The notes under the pieces were generated by a model, which was given only the letters and a program-made list of their open reading frames with translations, did no database searches and was not told the DNA's origin. Of a stretch of DNA of 64,000 nucleotides, positions 46,944 through 58,202 are shown piece after piece (positions within the stretch are counted from its first letter, which is position 1; each line of letters opens with the position of its first letter). This stretch comes from Leidyana gryllorum EB-2025a (Eukaryota > Protista > Apicomplexa). The stretch is taken from NCBI GenBank assembly GCA_048772705.1, contig JBLWGC010000159.1, positions 1-64,000 of the forward strand. The letters are read 5' to 3'. The translations under genes were made by a program, and so were the position numbers.

Positions 46944-47933
46944 ACTGACTGGCCCCACGAACGAACCACAAGCCAACACCTCTACTGCAACCGAATCACA
47001 AAAGTACCGAAAGCATTTCCTCCCGCGGGTGCGCAACCCGAGCGGCCGCGCGCCCCATCAACTCGCCCTTTTCGCGAATGGAAGTGAGTGATCTTCCACC
47101 ACCCGTATCCCACAAGTCACCTCTCTTCAGATCCGCAGTCTTCGTGATGATCTCAGCTCCCAGTTTCGTATCCCCAGGTGGCTGGGGCGGAAATTTCGTC
47201 CCCGTCCGCCAATCCTACGAGCGTAGAGAAGGGTTTGGGTTCGAGGTTTCTAAGTGCTTCGGTCTGTCGGGCTCGAAAAATCCAAAATGTCTCCCTTCTG
47301 CCACAAACGTAGAACGCTGCCAATGCGCGTCTGGGTCAGGTGGGCCACCTGGGCCCCGCCACGGCGAAGGGACCATCGTAGAAGGCTTTGTCTGTCATAG
47401 AGGTAAAGGTAACTCCACATGTCGTGGCCGCCACGTCACGGTTCCGCCAATTGCTGAGAGCTGTGTCGCGAGACGCCCATGCTGCAGAATCACGCACGTC
47501 AGCCGTGACATCCTTAACCGCGCGTCGACGCGAGAAATAAACGTCCTATCAACCCTCGACTTCGAGTGAATACTGACAGCACTGTGATCATCACAGCCAA
47601 GTCGTGGGGACTTCTCGGTGACTACGGGGATGTTCGGCGGACAGCGTAGATCCTTGAGGCTGCCACGACCAGAAATTGATTGAGGTCCGCCTCCGAACCG
47701 TCTCTCTCTCGTCCGTTCGACGTAAACCGCCGAGTTCAGCACTTTCGTCGCTCATTCAGACAGCATCGAACCTTCACGAACCTCTACAAGACAAATTTGA
47801 ACGAACGAACAAATCTCGTCCCTACCGCTATCAGTAACGATCGCAGCAGCCGCAAGAACGCGACCCTCCCGAGGACCCAATCGAAGGGTCAAACGTTGAG
47901 CGACCGCACTTTGTGACTCAATCACTCATTTGT

Positions 47934-48095
47934 CGGCGTTGAGTCAAGCCTCATCCGCCCTCTCAGAAAGTGTCAGGTGGGAGAGCCACACTTCTGTGTA
48001 ACCCTCTCGGAAGACTTACTTCACCAGAGTGCAAAGGCAGCTCCTCTTCCAGCGGCCTTCTTGTTGATCAAGGCACTGCAACCCGCAGGTAAGTT
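47934..48095 (-). ncRNA. U1: U1 spliceosomal snRNA
   Basis: 5' AACUUACCUG; helix H CGGGU/ACCUG; SL1 CAGUGCCUU-GAUCAACAAG-AAGGCCGCUG; SL2 with UUGCAC loop; SL3 GAGAG..CUCUC; Sm-like ACUUUCUGA; terminal GGCG..CGCC hairpin; ~162 nt. Confidence 0.92.
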
Positions 48096-48527
48096 GATTT
48101 TTATTGAAAGATTCATAGTAGGTATCAGTCCTGTCTCGCATGAGATGTCTCCACACCCACCCGCATAGAAAATAGCAACTTTGAACTTGTTGAACTCTTT
48201 GTTCCGGAGGCTGATCCTACTAGTCCTATCGTTGGTTCTGTTTTGGATCCGTCTATGATGGAACGCATTTCAAGGTCGTTAGAGGAATTATTCATAGTTT
48301 CAGTCCAGTCACAAATAAACAAAAAGGAATGCAAGCACACGTGTGTGTCTCATCTGTGTCTCCCCCTATTAGTAGTTGGAATCATAAAATTCGTATAAAG
48401 GTCTAATCCTTGAAATAAGAGTCTATCCTTGCTATCTCATGTAGCAGGCCAGTATATAAACATAGTCAGCGCAGATCAGCCGCCTTCCGTCAGTGTAGCG
48501 TTGGCCCACTATGACCGATCAGAACTC

Positions 48528-48756
48528 GAAGAAAGAAGCCGATCGCACTGGTTCTCCCTCCAGTTGTCTGAGGTGTGCAGCTGACTCGCTCTGTTCCCAG
48601 CCTAGTGTGACCGCACGGACATCTCTCGAACGCACCAACCTTCCGACTGGTACCGCCAAGAGCCCCCAGCCAAGCCAGAAGGACCTGTCGATCTGTTTCA
48701 CTATTTTCATTCATTGCCTCCCAACCGGGTTACAGTGGGAAGTTATCCCACTAGGC
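48528..48756 (-). ncRNA. SRP: SRP (7SL) RNA core; ends approximate
   Basis: Alu domain GCCU-A-GUGGGA(UAACU)UCCCAC-UGUAA-CCC(GGUU)GGG-AGGC; helix 6 with GGAA tetraloop (48641-48644); helix 8 CUAGG-CUG-GGAA-CAG-AGCGA; helix 5 pairs CUGGGG/CCUCAG, UCCUUCUGG/CUGGAGGGA, GAUCG/CGAUC. Confidence 0.9.
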
Positions 48757-48900
48757 AACTATGGGGGCGTAACTGATCTGCGCTGAGACAACATGTGTGT
48801 GAGTGGGCCCACGGGTAGCCACGCACTTTGCCCATCCGTTCGACTCGGCGAGACGCCGTCTCCTCGGCGGGAAGCACTCCTTTTATTCTTAAACTCGTCG

Positions 48901-48997
48901 GAAGTGCTCAGAGCTTATCACCATCTCGCCTTTTACTAGATGGTGCAGTGAGTTGCTTCATTTCCAGTACTATAAATTTGTTGAGGACCTCTGGTCT
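48901..48997 (+). ncRNA. U5: U5 spliceosomal snRNA; ends approximate
   Basis: Invariant loop 1 GCCUUUUAC (48928-48936) closed by CACCAUCU/AGAUGGUG; basal stem GAAGUGCUCA/UGAGUUGCUUC; Sm site AAUUUGUUG; short GGACC..GGUCU hairpin. Confidence 0.92.
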
Positions 48998-49046
48998 GGC
49001 ACTGAAAATCGTAAAATGTCGTAAAGGAATGGTGGGAAGCCGTCTA

Positions 49047-49391
49047 CGTGGGGAGAGAGTTCAGAAAAAGCGTCGGCTCTCTCGGAGACGGGGATTAGTT
49101 CAGAGACCGCCAGCTTTGACCCGAGAGACACGGTGGATCAGTAGGGTTGGCTAAGTTTACATTGAATTTGGGGCAGCTCAGGTAGGAGGTTTTTGGATAG
49201 GAGATAGGTGTCGGACGGAGAGAGCGCTCTCGAAGCAATTCTCTTCGATCGGCGGCGGGGGAGAAATGTGGTTGCACGACAGTGGGTTCGCTCACAGGCG
49301 CCAGCGGTGGGGAGTTCAGAGCTCACCCAGCCGACTGAGCTTGTGTTGGGGGGAAGCGCGACGCGCACAGAGAGCTCTTTCACGCATTTTT
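49047..49391 (+). ncRNA. Candidate structured RNA, family unassigned
   Basis: G-rich with nested end-to-end stems, several hairpins including a UUCG loop, a T5 run right after, and no credible ORF. Confidence 0.5.
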
Positions 49392-49687
49392 AGAAAGATG
49401 GGTATCTAAGGGGTCAACTTGACGATACAGAGTAAATATGCGCTCTATTCACCAGTCAGTGCGGTTTGGACACACATACCGAATAATCTATTGTCAGCCT
49501 CCTCTGTGTATCGGTTAGTTTCGACCGCAAAAAGAAGGTTAGGTGGTTCTAATTACTTACGTAATTAATCCAGAATTCAGCGTGATTCGTTGAGCACCCA
49601 ATTCTCGCCACGACTGGTGGTCCAACAGCAGTGGACCGATACATTGCCGGTCGGACCGTCAGCCATGGGATGACGGGCACCCATCGT

Positions 49688-50782
49688 TCACGGTGTAGCG
49701 TTAGCGCTGTCTGTGACCTCATTACCCTTCATAACATGGCTACGCGTCTCTTCCACCCTCCTGGCACTTGACTTAGCGTTGTCTTCTCGTGGCACTTCAT
49801 CTCCCGCCACGTCTGTCCGGGTCGGTGCAGTGCTGATGTCCTCGGAGCCAGGGAGCCGGGCCAGTAGGGTCTTGAGCAACTGGATTTCTTCTTCGTGGCG
49901 TTTGTTCTCCTCTTCTCGGTGCTGTCTTTCGAGGCGAAGGGCGGCCTCCAAAGCTTCACATCTCTCGGACACATGTCTCATCTGGGCGGAGAGCGTATGC
50001 ATCGCTCTCATTCTCTCGATTCGTTCCGAGTTCAGCTGTCTCATCGTTACGCTCGAGGCCGGTCGCACCACTTCGCGGCGGACAGAGGCCTGTGGTTGAG
50101 CAGAACGCGGCTCAGGGGGCGTTCGAGTGGGCAGCACCCTTAGTTGACTTGGCTCAGCGGTTTGTGTAGTCGGTCCTGCTGCAACACGGTCACCAGACCT
50201 GAAGGGGAGGCTCGCCTCGGCTCGCCAAACTCACCTTACGGACATTACGGCAGCCCGCGTGTTGCGACTGTGATGCTCGCGAATGATCCCGCCGATGTCA
50301 CGGAACTGTCGGTAAACGAAGCGTTGGGGATCGGAAAGAGTTTCCCGCTGACAATGGCTCAAATCCCAGGATTGTGGGAAACGAAGGAGGGACCCTGAAT
50401 CTCGTCCATATATATAGAATATGACAGGGGGGGCCAGTGCGGTGGAGGGCATCAATTGCTCTGTCACTAATCTCCCCCACCAGGCCGAGGTGAATAAAGC
50501 CTCCGGGACACACAAAATAACGCCCATGTTGGCCATCGCCAGCAGTCTACGCTGCTCGGTGGTTCCATAGTTGGCTGGAAAGTCCAGGTTTGGGAATTTG
50601 ACGAACCAGTGATCGCCTTTTCGCCATGCTCCAGTGTGTAGAGTCGTTAGACACAAGAAGGATTTCAGGTCTCGCTCCTCGCTGGTGGTCTCAACACTGA
50701 TGAACGCATAGTGACACAGTGAACGATCGATATCGCAATCGTCGCTGACAAAAAACTCCAAGCTGACCGCGACCGGTCTCAT
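49688..50782 (-). CDS. Novel-family member A (shared N-terminal domain + coiled coil); intron 50199-50234
   Basis: A 36-nt GTGAGT..CAG intron joins ORFs 50231-50782 and 49688-50137; similar to members B and C. Confidence 0.7.
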
Positions 50783-51012
50783 CCGAGCTAGCTTTGAGTT
50801 AGAGGTGGGCGGGAGACTCCATAAAAAAGTAGTTCACCCTCCATATTTCGTGCTGATCTATCGGATGGCACATCTCCACCTCCCTTCTCACGTCTTCGGA
50901 GGGCACAACGTGGCCGCTGAGGGAGTGGGTGCACTTTCTTGTTTCTCAGGCCCAAAACTTTGTGGACTTCTGAATGCATCTTCGAAGTGCTCGTACGGCT
51001 GAGCTATCTCCC

Positions 51013-52801
51013 TCACCCGATGCTAGACAGGTGTTGACCGAATAAGTCTTCAAGTTTGCGCACTCTTTCACTCAGATTGTCACTTCGACTGCTCAAATGG
51101 GAACACTTCATCCGGATTTCGGTGAATCTTTCTCGATGGCTCAGTAGATCCTGGTATATACGTCCAAGATCATCAGTGTGTGCCGATAAGACAAGAGACG
51201 CCTCTGATGTCTCGTCTTCCAGTCGTACGATACTCTTCCTCAAATCCCCTGCGACGGAGTCAATCATTGCTTCGACCAATGTCGTCATTTCCTCCTTGAG
51301 CGTGCCAGTTGCTACTGACGACGACTGAGACTCCGACGCAATTTTGAGGGACCCACACGCGGTCTCATATGGCTCTTCTCCCACTTTCTTGGTGTCCTTC
51401 TCGGTTGTTTTCCGAATTAACTCGTCCAGCTGTCTCTGGCATTCAGCGATGTCACTCCTCAGTTCCGCGAGGCTACTCTCCCACGACTCATATCGTCCAA
51501 AGTTGTTCTCGTTTTCTTCTGCATGCTCACGAGTCGCGCGCAATTCGCGGCTGACGTTCTCAATCATCGTCATCAAACGTTCTCGTGCAACAGCGGCCTC
51601 CTCAATTCGGGAGTCGACCAGAGCTTGAATCTGAGTGCCTTGTTCATTGAAGTCTTGTCGCAAACATTCCAGATCGTGCTCCATCTTGGCTTTGTTCGCG
51701 GTATTCTCGGTACGGAGCGCTGGCAAATCGGTCGCGAGTAACTCCTTAATCGATTGAAGATCACAGCATAATGATACATATCGCCGATCCGATCTGTGCT
51801 TTCGACTTCCGGGGGGCTTTCCCTGTTGAAAGAGGTAATATGCGTAGCTTCGGCGCTTTTTTTCCAGTCCTGCTCCCGAAACTTTGACCCCGGCCATACT
51901 ACCACCTTCGCCACTTTCGTCGGACTCATCATCGTCTAAACACAGAGGTGAAGGATTGGCGGATTTGGCGACCGCAGCGACTCTGGACCACCTCCCAGGT
52001 GGGAATCGCAACTCGGTAGCTCTCTCACTGGGTATCCTAAGGTCTTCGGATACTGATGGCAACGTGTCGAGGCCGTCATGGGAGGGCTCAGTTGTCTCTT
52101 TCTCGGCTTCGTTGACCTGAAACGAGCAGCCGTGCATCTCACAGATCGCAGAGAGCCTCAGTTGCTCACCTCCAACGCAGGCAACCCGGGCTCCTGATCA
52201 ACTATTCTTGATAGAAAGTAATCCATTCCACCCTTGAAGTGATGCAATCGAACAAACTCAGAGCTCATTAATGCCTTCTGCACATCCAGATTACCCATAC
52301 TCAGAGTGTCATCAGCTACAAACGGTCGTTGTCCACACACATCTGTGCCAGAAAGCGCATCTCGGACTTACTGAATGCGGTTCCCCATACATAGAGCGTG
52401 CGAGGCCACCAGCTTTCTTTGGCGGTCCCTTCTATGAGCCACTGAGAATAGTATTCGCTCAGTACCGATTGAATGAAAGGGCTTTTGTGCCACTGAGCAC
52501 AGTAACACAATGCAAAACCCCACTTCAGCAGCTCTATAAGCATTTGTCCTTCAGAGCATAACCCGTACCGGCTTGAACCGACTTGGTCGTTAAAGGGGAA
52601 ATGTACAATCCACTGCCCTCTCACTTGATAGCATCCTGAGCTCTTTATATTGCACTGTAAGATCTTGGCGAGGGTGTCACAATCACCTTCCGGCTCCAGC
52701 TGAAGGAAGACCAAATTAGATCGCTCCCTGCTGATACTGGGTGGTGTTCTGACAAAGTCGGCCAGGCTGACATGATGTTTCATCATTGGCACGCTCTCCA
52801 T
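51013..52801 (-). CDS. Novel-family member B (shared N-terminal domain + long coiled coil); introns 52343-52371 and 52117-52169; possible extra 3' exon
   Basis: Two GT..AG introns join three ORFs in frame; the C-terminal region is heptad-rich. Confidence 0.72.
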
Positions 52802-53441
52802 CGCAAGATTTAGACTGGAGATCTACCAAACTGATTGTTGTGAGTGTTTTTCTAATGTATACCGCTGCGTCATATAATCTGGTACCAGTGTGAAATGTGT
52901 GGTGGTGGAGACACGGAGACATTGTTTGGTGGTGCGCAAATGACATTTGTTATTGAGTCTATCTCAGCTCTCACAGTCCAATGACAAGTGCTCGCTGCCG
53001 AAGCTGTCCGCGTGATAACAAGGAGGCGCAGATCAAAACTGTGGCGGAGTGCACCAATCCTGTGAACCAATCCCAAGATGTACATCGCAAGTCAATTGGA
53101 CATACAATGACCACTCAGAAGTGCTAAATCGACTGTGTGAAGAATGAAGAACCAATAAAATTATCTCAAAGCCCAATCAGGTTGACTGCACCAGACCATC
53201 TCTCTCTCTCATTCTTTGAATGTTAATTGGCAATTAGGTATTTCGAATCGTCACGGTTGATTTTGCGAATCAGTCTAAGATGTCATGAGTAAAGCTATTT
53301 CCTGACGCACATTGTCCTTCATGTTGTGACAGAAAGATGAAACCATCAATTTAGAGATCGATCTTGTCGAAACAGGAAGTGGTCAAAAAGGAGGGGGAGA
53401 GTCCAATTACAGTGCAGATAGGAAAGGAAAGCAGAGCAATT

Positions 53442-54500
53442 CTAAAGTGCGGCGGGATGACTGTTCTTCACATCTATAACGAAGCAGAATTTGACATCAC
53501 TCTTGAGAATCCGCTCGTAAGCCTCGTTGACATAGTCCCTTTTTATAACTTCGATAACAGGAAGCACAGAGTTCTCTGCGCAGAAGTCGAGCATTTCTTG
53601 AGTTTCTGGAATCCCACCGATACAGGAGCCCATGATTTGACGACGCTTCATCAGCAGAGAGAATGCCGGCAGCGTATCAGGCTCAGCGACAGGAGGAGCT
53701 CCTACCACAATGTAGGTGCCGTCTCGTTTGAGGAGGTTAAAGAACTTGTCCAGTGCCTTCTTGCTTGAGACTGTATCAATGACGATGTCAAGACTCTGTG
53801 ATTTGGCATTATACTCCTCATCAGTGACAAGAAAATCGGTGGCACCCAGCGACTTTGTCAACTCTCTCTTGCCGTCAGATCGAGACAGTACCGTAACTTC
53901 ATTCCCGAATGCCACTGCGAATTGCAAAGCCATGTGTCCAAGACCGCCCAGTCCAACCACCCCAACCTTCTTCCCTCCCTTCTTTGAGACCACAATGGTT
54001 CAGAGGGGAGTAGGTGGTGATTCCAGCACACAGAAGCGGCGCGGCACGATCCAGGGGCAACGAGTCTGGGATGCGCAGCACAAAGTCTTCAGGGACAATT
54101 ACGTACTTGCTGTACCCGCCTTGAGTGTACTCGCCGCTGGGAGTCTGCTGCCATATGTACCCTCCGTTTTGTTGCAGTATTGTTGAAGATTCTCCGTGCA
54201 CTCTTGACAGGAGCGACAACTGCCCACCAGGCACCCAACTCCAACTCGATCGCCTTTCTTGTGTTTGGTAACTTCATTCCCAACTTCGATCACGATACCA
54301 GTGAACTCATGACCGGGTACCAACGGGTACTCGCTGGTCATCCACTCATCACGGACGGTGTGGATATCAGAGTGACAGATACCGCAATACGCGACTTCTA
54401 TCAAGACATCATTTGGTTTAGGATCACGAATTTGGAACTTCCACGAAGCGAGCGGGGCCTTGGCAGCCGGAGCAGCGAATCCGATGTTGTCGAGCGGCAT
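53442..54500 (-). pseudogene. Zn-dependent NAD(P) alcohol dehydrogenase (YahK/AdhC/CAD-like) with two frameshifts; pseudogene or sequencing error
   Basis: [57 protein letters not shown]. The frame changes at ~54140 and ~53984, both in 3-nt homopolymers. Confidence 0.85.
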
Positions 54501-55324
54501 CAGTTATGAGTCAAAAGACGATTGGGCGACTGATCAAGGAATTGGCGGTAGTCACCAAGTCCATGTCCCAGGGACGGAGTCCCAAATCCCAGTCATGGGA
54601 CACGCCTCTGTGTGTCATTTCTGGTGAGGTGAGAAAGCATTAGACAACGAGATTAGCCGCCTTGAGTACACTCAAGCGGTCCAGGACGCCTATCTATACG
54701 CACCGATGAGTCGCTTCGTGCTTTTGGGATGAAGTTAACGCCATGTTATGGTGGTACCCAACTAAGTTCGGCGACGGCTAAAATAGTACTTGGCCCACTA
54801 CCTTCAAAAGCTCTCCCGTAGAGTTTCTCAATGTCGGGCTGTGACCGTATCAACCATTTCACCGTTTTTATCGGAGCGTCTTAGCTGCCAGATTTTGACC
54901 TCTCGAGACCACCTCTGGCTCGCGTTTACCACTGCTGTTGTCCATCTCTGTCTGAGTTTATGTGAAGGTGATGATTGACATGAGGGGTCAGAGCAGCATG
55001 GGGCAGCTGATGAAGAGAACAGGTTGTAGTCGATGGATTACGTGTAGAGAGCAACGACTCGTTCGCTCGCACTCTCATCCCACACTCTGAGACTGTGCAT
55101 CAGACGCTTCGGTGACTCGTTACACTTCGTGCAAGCGTCTGGAGGAGGATTGACCTCTCCTCTCTCTCTTCGTCTTCCTCTCAAATGGTGAAGCCCCTGC
55201 GACTATCCGATTCCCAGCCTCCCTTGTGTCGGGAGTGGTCAGGGAAAAGGATGGATGGTGGCTACACAGGTTTGCATTGATTGCTGAGCCATCTTTGAGA
55301 TTGTGGGCGCACATGTGAATTCTC

Positions 55325-56470
55325 TCACAGGTAGGTTCGCAGCTCGTCGAGGGAGACGTGAGTGGCGGTCGAGGGTTGATCTTGGATGGCTTTGACCTCA
55401 ACGTTGCTGTCGCTGCTGGAGAACCATTTTGCCATAGTGCGATAGAACCTGCGGCCTGCTCGTTTTACGCGCTGTCGAGAGGACTTATGCATATGGACAG
55501 GTTTTATGAGACGGATAACGACCTCCTCGAGTTGAGAAACTCTTAGAGATAGTAATCTGCCGTTGTCGATCACTTCCTGCAGCTGATGTGACAGTTTCTC
55601 AATGCTGTGTGTGTGCTCTTCAGTACTACTCCCCAGCTGACAGAGGCGGTCTGCGGTCGTCTTGGTGCTCTGGAGATCATGGGCACGCAATACGTGTATC
55701 CAGTTCCATAGGACGTCTATCGTACACTCGTCCATTTTGGAGCAGAACGCCGTGTCCAGCACCTGGTTGTCGGAATACACCAAAACCGCACTGACTGTGC
55801 CTTACCCGCTCCCGTGCCACCAGGTGGCGGTGACGCAGGATGTCATGCACAGTTAGGAAGTGTTGTGTGCGGAAATGATCCCAGTCGCAAACTCGGCGCC
55901 GATCTTGTTCATCTAAATACCATTGAGGGTCGTTCAGAATTCGCCGTTCTGAGCAGTCCGAGCACAATCGACCCCTTTACCACTGTCAAACTCACCGGGA
56001 TCCTCGCCCCATACAAACAGGTAACGAGGCCATTGATGTCTCACAGATATCTTCTGCTCGCAGGAATCGGATGCAGCGAGATAGTCGCTCAGCACGGATC
56101 CGATCCAGGGATGCGAGCAACAAGTGTGAGGCAGACAGATGATAAAGTCCCGATTAAGAAAACGTAAAAGTTGCAGTCTGCGATCCTCTTGAGGAGAGGT
56201 GTCCGGACTGTCCAATTCAATAAATGGGAATCTGATCAGCCATCTATCATTAATTTTATAACACCCCATCTGACTGATATCACAGCCAGTTGCCAAAGCT
56301 AATTCCGCATTATCAGCGGCAGTCAACTGTAAAAATACATAATTATACTGATCTTCTTTCGTTTCCCAATCAAGCTCCAAGAAGGCTTCGATGCTTGAGA
56401 ACTGCCTGACCCGGCGTCCTTCAAACATCTCACGGACGTTGAGTATGGGTATCTCAGTAGTACGAACCAT
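55325..56470 (-). CDS. Novel-family member C; introns 55949-55995 and 55763-55805; possible short extra 3' exon
   Basis: Introns join three ORFs in frame; shared domain followed by a short coiled coil. Confidence 0.72.
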
Positions 56471-56629
56471 TGTCTAGATCTTTTGTCTCGTATAAATTTC
56501 CGAGATAGAAACAGAATTGTTTGTTACCCGTGTGCGCGTGTGTATATCTATAGGTCGTTTCGGGAGACACCATACTCTGCGTTAGTAGTGATCAAGTCAG
56601 AACACAAAAAGACAAAGGCCACCTTGGAA

Positions 56630-57990
56630 CTAATCATAGTGCCAGTGGAATATCATGTTGAAGGGTGAAATGTCCGAGTCTGAACTGGATGATGTAGAGT
56701 AAACATGCAACATCTCCACCAGCATTTTGGAAGCTTCTTTCGACTTGGTTGCGAGACAAAATAGCTGGTCCAAGTCAACTTGAACTTTTGAGAAATGGAA
56801 GTCCTTCATGAAGTCGGCGAGGGCCAATATCAGCTGCATTGTTGTTGTATACATCTGCTCCGTTGCCAAATCCAGGGCAGCGGGATCGTAGGCCAGCTTG
56901 CGGCCACCGGTCACTCGTCGCTCGTCGGAGGCCTGTTTGGTGCTCCCATGATTATCGGTAGAATCGGGGTTGCCTGCAGCGCGCTCTGAGACGTCCGCTC
57001 CATCGATCACTTCCGCATCAGCAGAATTGTCGAGATCTTCATTATCGTCGGATACTTGAGAATCAGGATTCCGATGATCCTCGAAAGAAGATGTCGATGG
57101 GGGAACGTCATCAGAATTCTCCTTCTGTTTAGGATGTGCAGAACTATGGCGACGCCAATGCTTGATCGCCCTTGTACAAGCAGTGTGGGCTTCCTTATAG
57201 TGGGCTTCCACTGTTCCTCTAGCCTGAGCGAGATATTTCATCATTCGGTTGAAGGGGCTTAAGTCCCTTCGTTTTGGATACTTTGTCCCTGCTCGAACTG
57301 CTTCCTCGCTCGCCTTCAGCGCCAGGAACAGCTCTCGGTTGTTGTGATACACATCATGCAGATATGTCCAGACCTTTTGGTTGTGGTGGGGTTTTGTCAG
57401 CTTGGAGGGAGGTAAATATGCCGATTTGAAGTCCGGGGCAATAAGCTGAGGAGGGAGGTGACATCCCTCGAGTCTAACCATCTTGCAGCTGAGTGCATTG
57501 TTCACACAAGTCCGTGTTTGCGAGGAAAAACGTCTCACGACAGTAATAAGACCTGTCAATGGGGGTTCTGGGTCAATGAGATCTCTCGCTATAACGAATC
57601 AAGTGTCTATCTAACTATCTCCAACATAAGTCTGACACTCGTCAGACTGCAGATGGCCCCTGGAAGCAGAGCAGGCAGAACCTTGTAGAGCTCCCCGCCC
57701 ATTAGACCCTCTTCAACGCCGTGACGTGAAGTGCGGAAGACGAGCCTCTGGGCCGGCTGGCGAGTACAAACGAAGGCTTTGATGTAGGAATCGATGTGAG
57801 GGACCCGAATAACGGACAAGGGGTAACTTTTCTTGCAATCAAACGGGGAACTTGAAGTATCAAGCTCTTCTCGCGAAGATGTGTGACGGACACTCGTCGT
57901 AATGGAATAATGAACGTCAATACTTCCAACACTGTCGGAGCGATCTCCAATGCTCATCGTCCCCCGAGTGAGGTTTGCATAACAATGCAC
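56630..57990 (-). CDS. Hypothetical helical protein; exon structure uncertain
   Basis: 309-aa ORF preceded by a 127-aa ORF on the same strand, with candidate small introns between. Confidence 0.5.
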
Positions 57991-58202
57991 ACCTCGATCA
58001 ATACATCACGACTCGATTACCCATTCAATCGGCGTCTTAGGTACTGAAGGGACTGCCAGCACAGCGACAATAGCGCGTGATTTAGAGTCTGAACATCATC
58101 ATCACCACCATGTCATTTTCTCCCACCAGAGTTGACTTCCGCCTCAACTTGGTGGTACGCTACCGTTCTTCCACAGTACTCGCCACAGTGCTTGCGATAG
58201 AA

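Noticed and set aside
47231-47249. AACCCAAACCC on the minus strand as a telomerase RNA template
   Set aside because: Explained by Asn-Pro-Asn-Pro codons in a plausible terminal exon; no pseudoknot or boundary element seen, and the implied repeat lacks the A of apicomplexan telomeres.
47605-47680. GAGAAGUCCCC (RNase MRP CR-I-like) and AAUUUCUGG (Sm-like) on the minus strand
   Set aside because: No matching P4 partner or CR-V and no snRNA-specific motif; lies in an open frame, so probably coding.
48466-48786. RNase P/MRP reading of the terminal stem on the plus strand
   Set aside because: The minus strand gives a complete SRP signature (Alu UGUAA, helix 6, helix 8), which fits much better.
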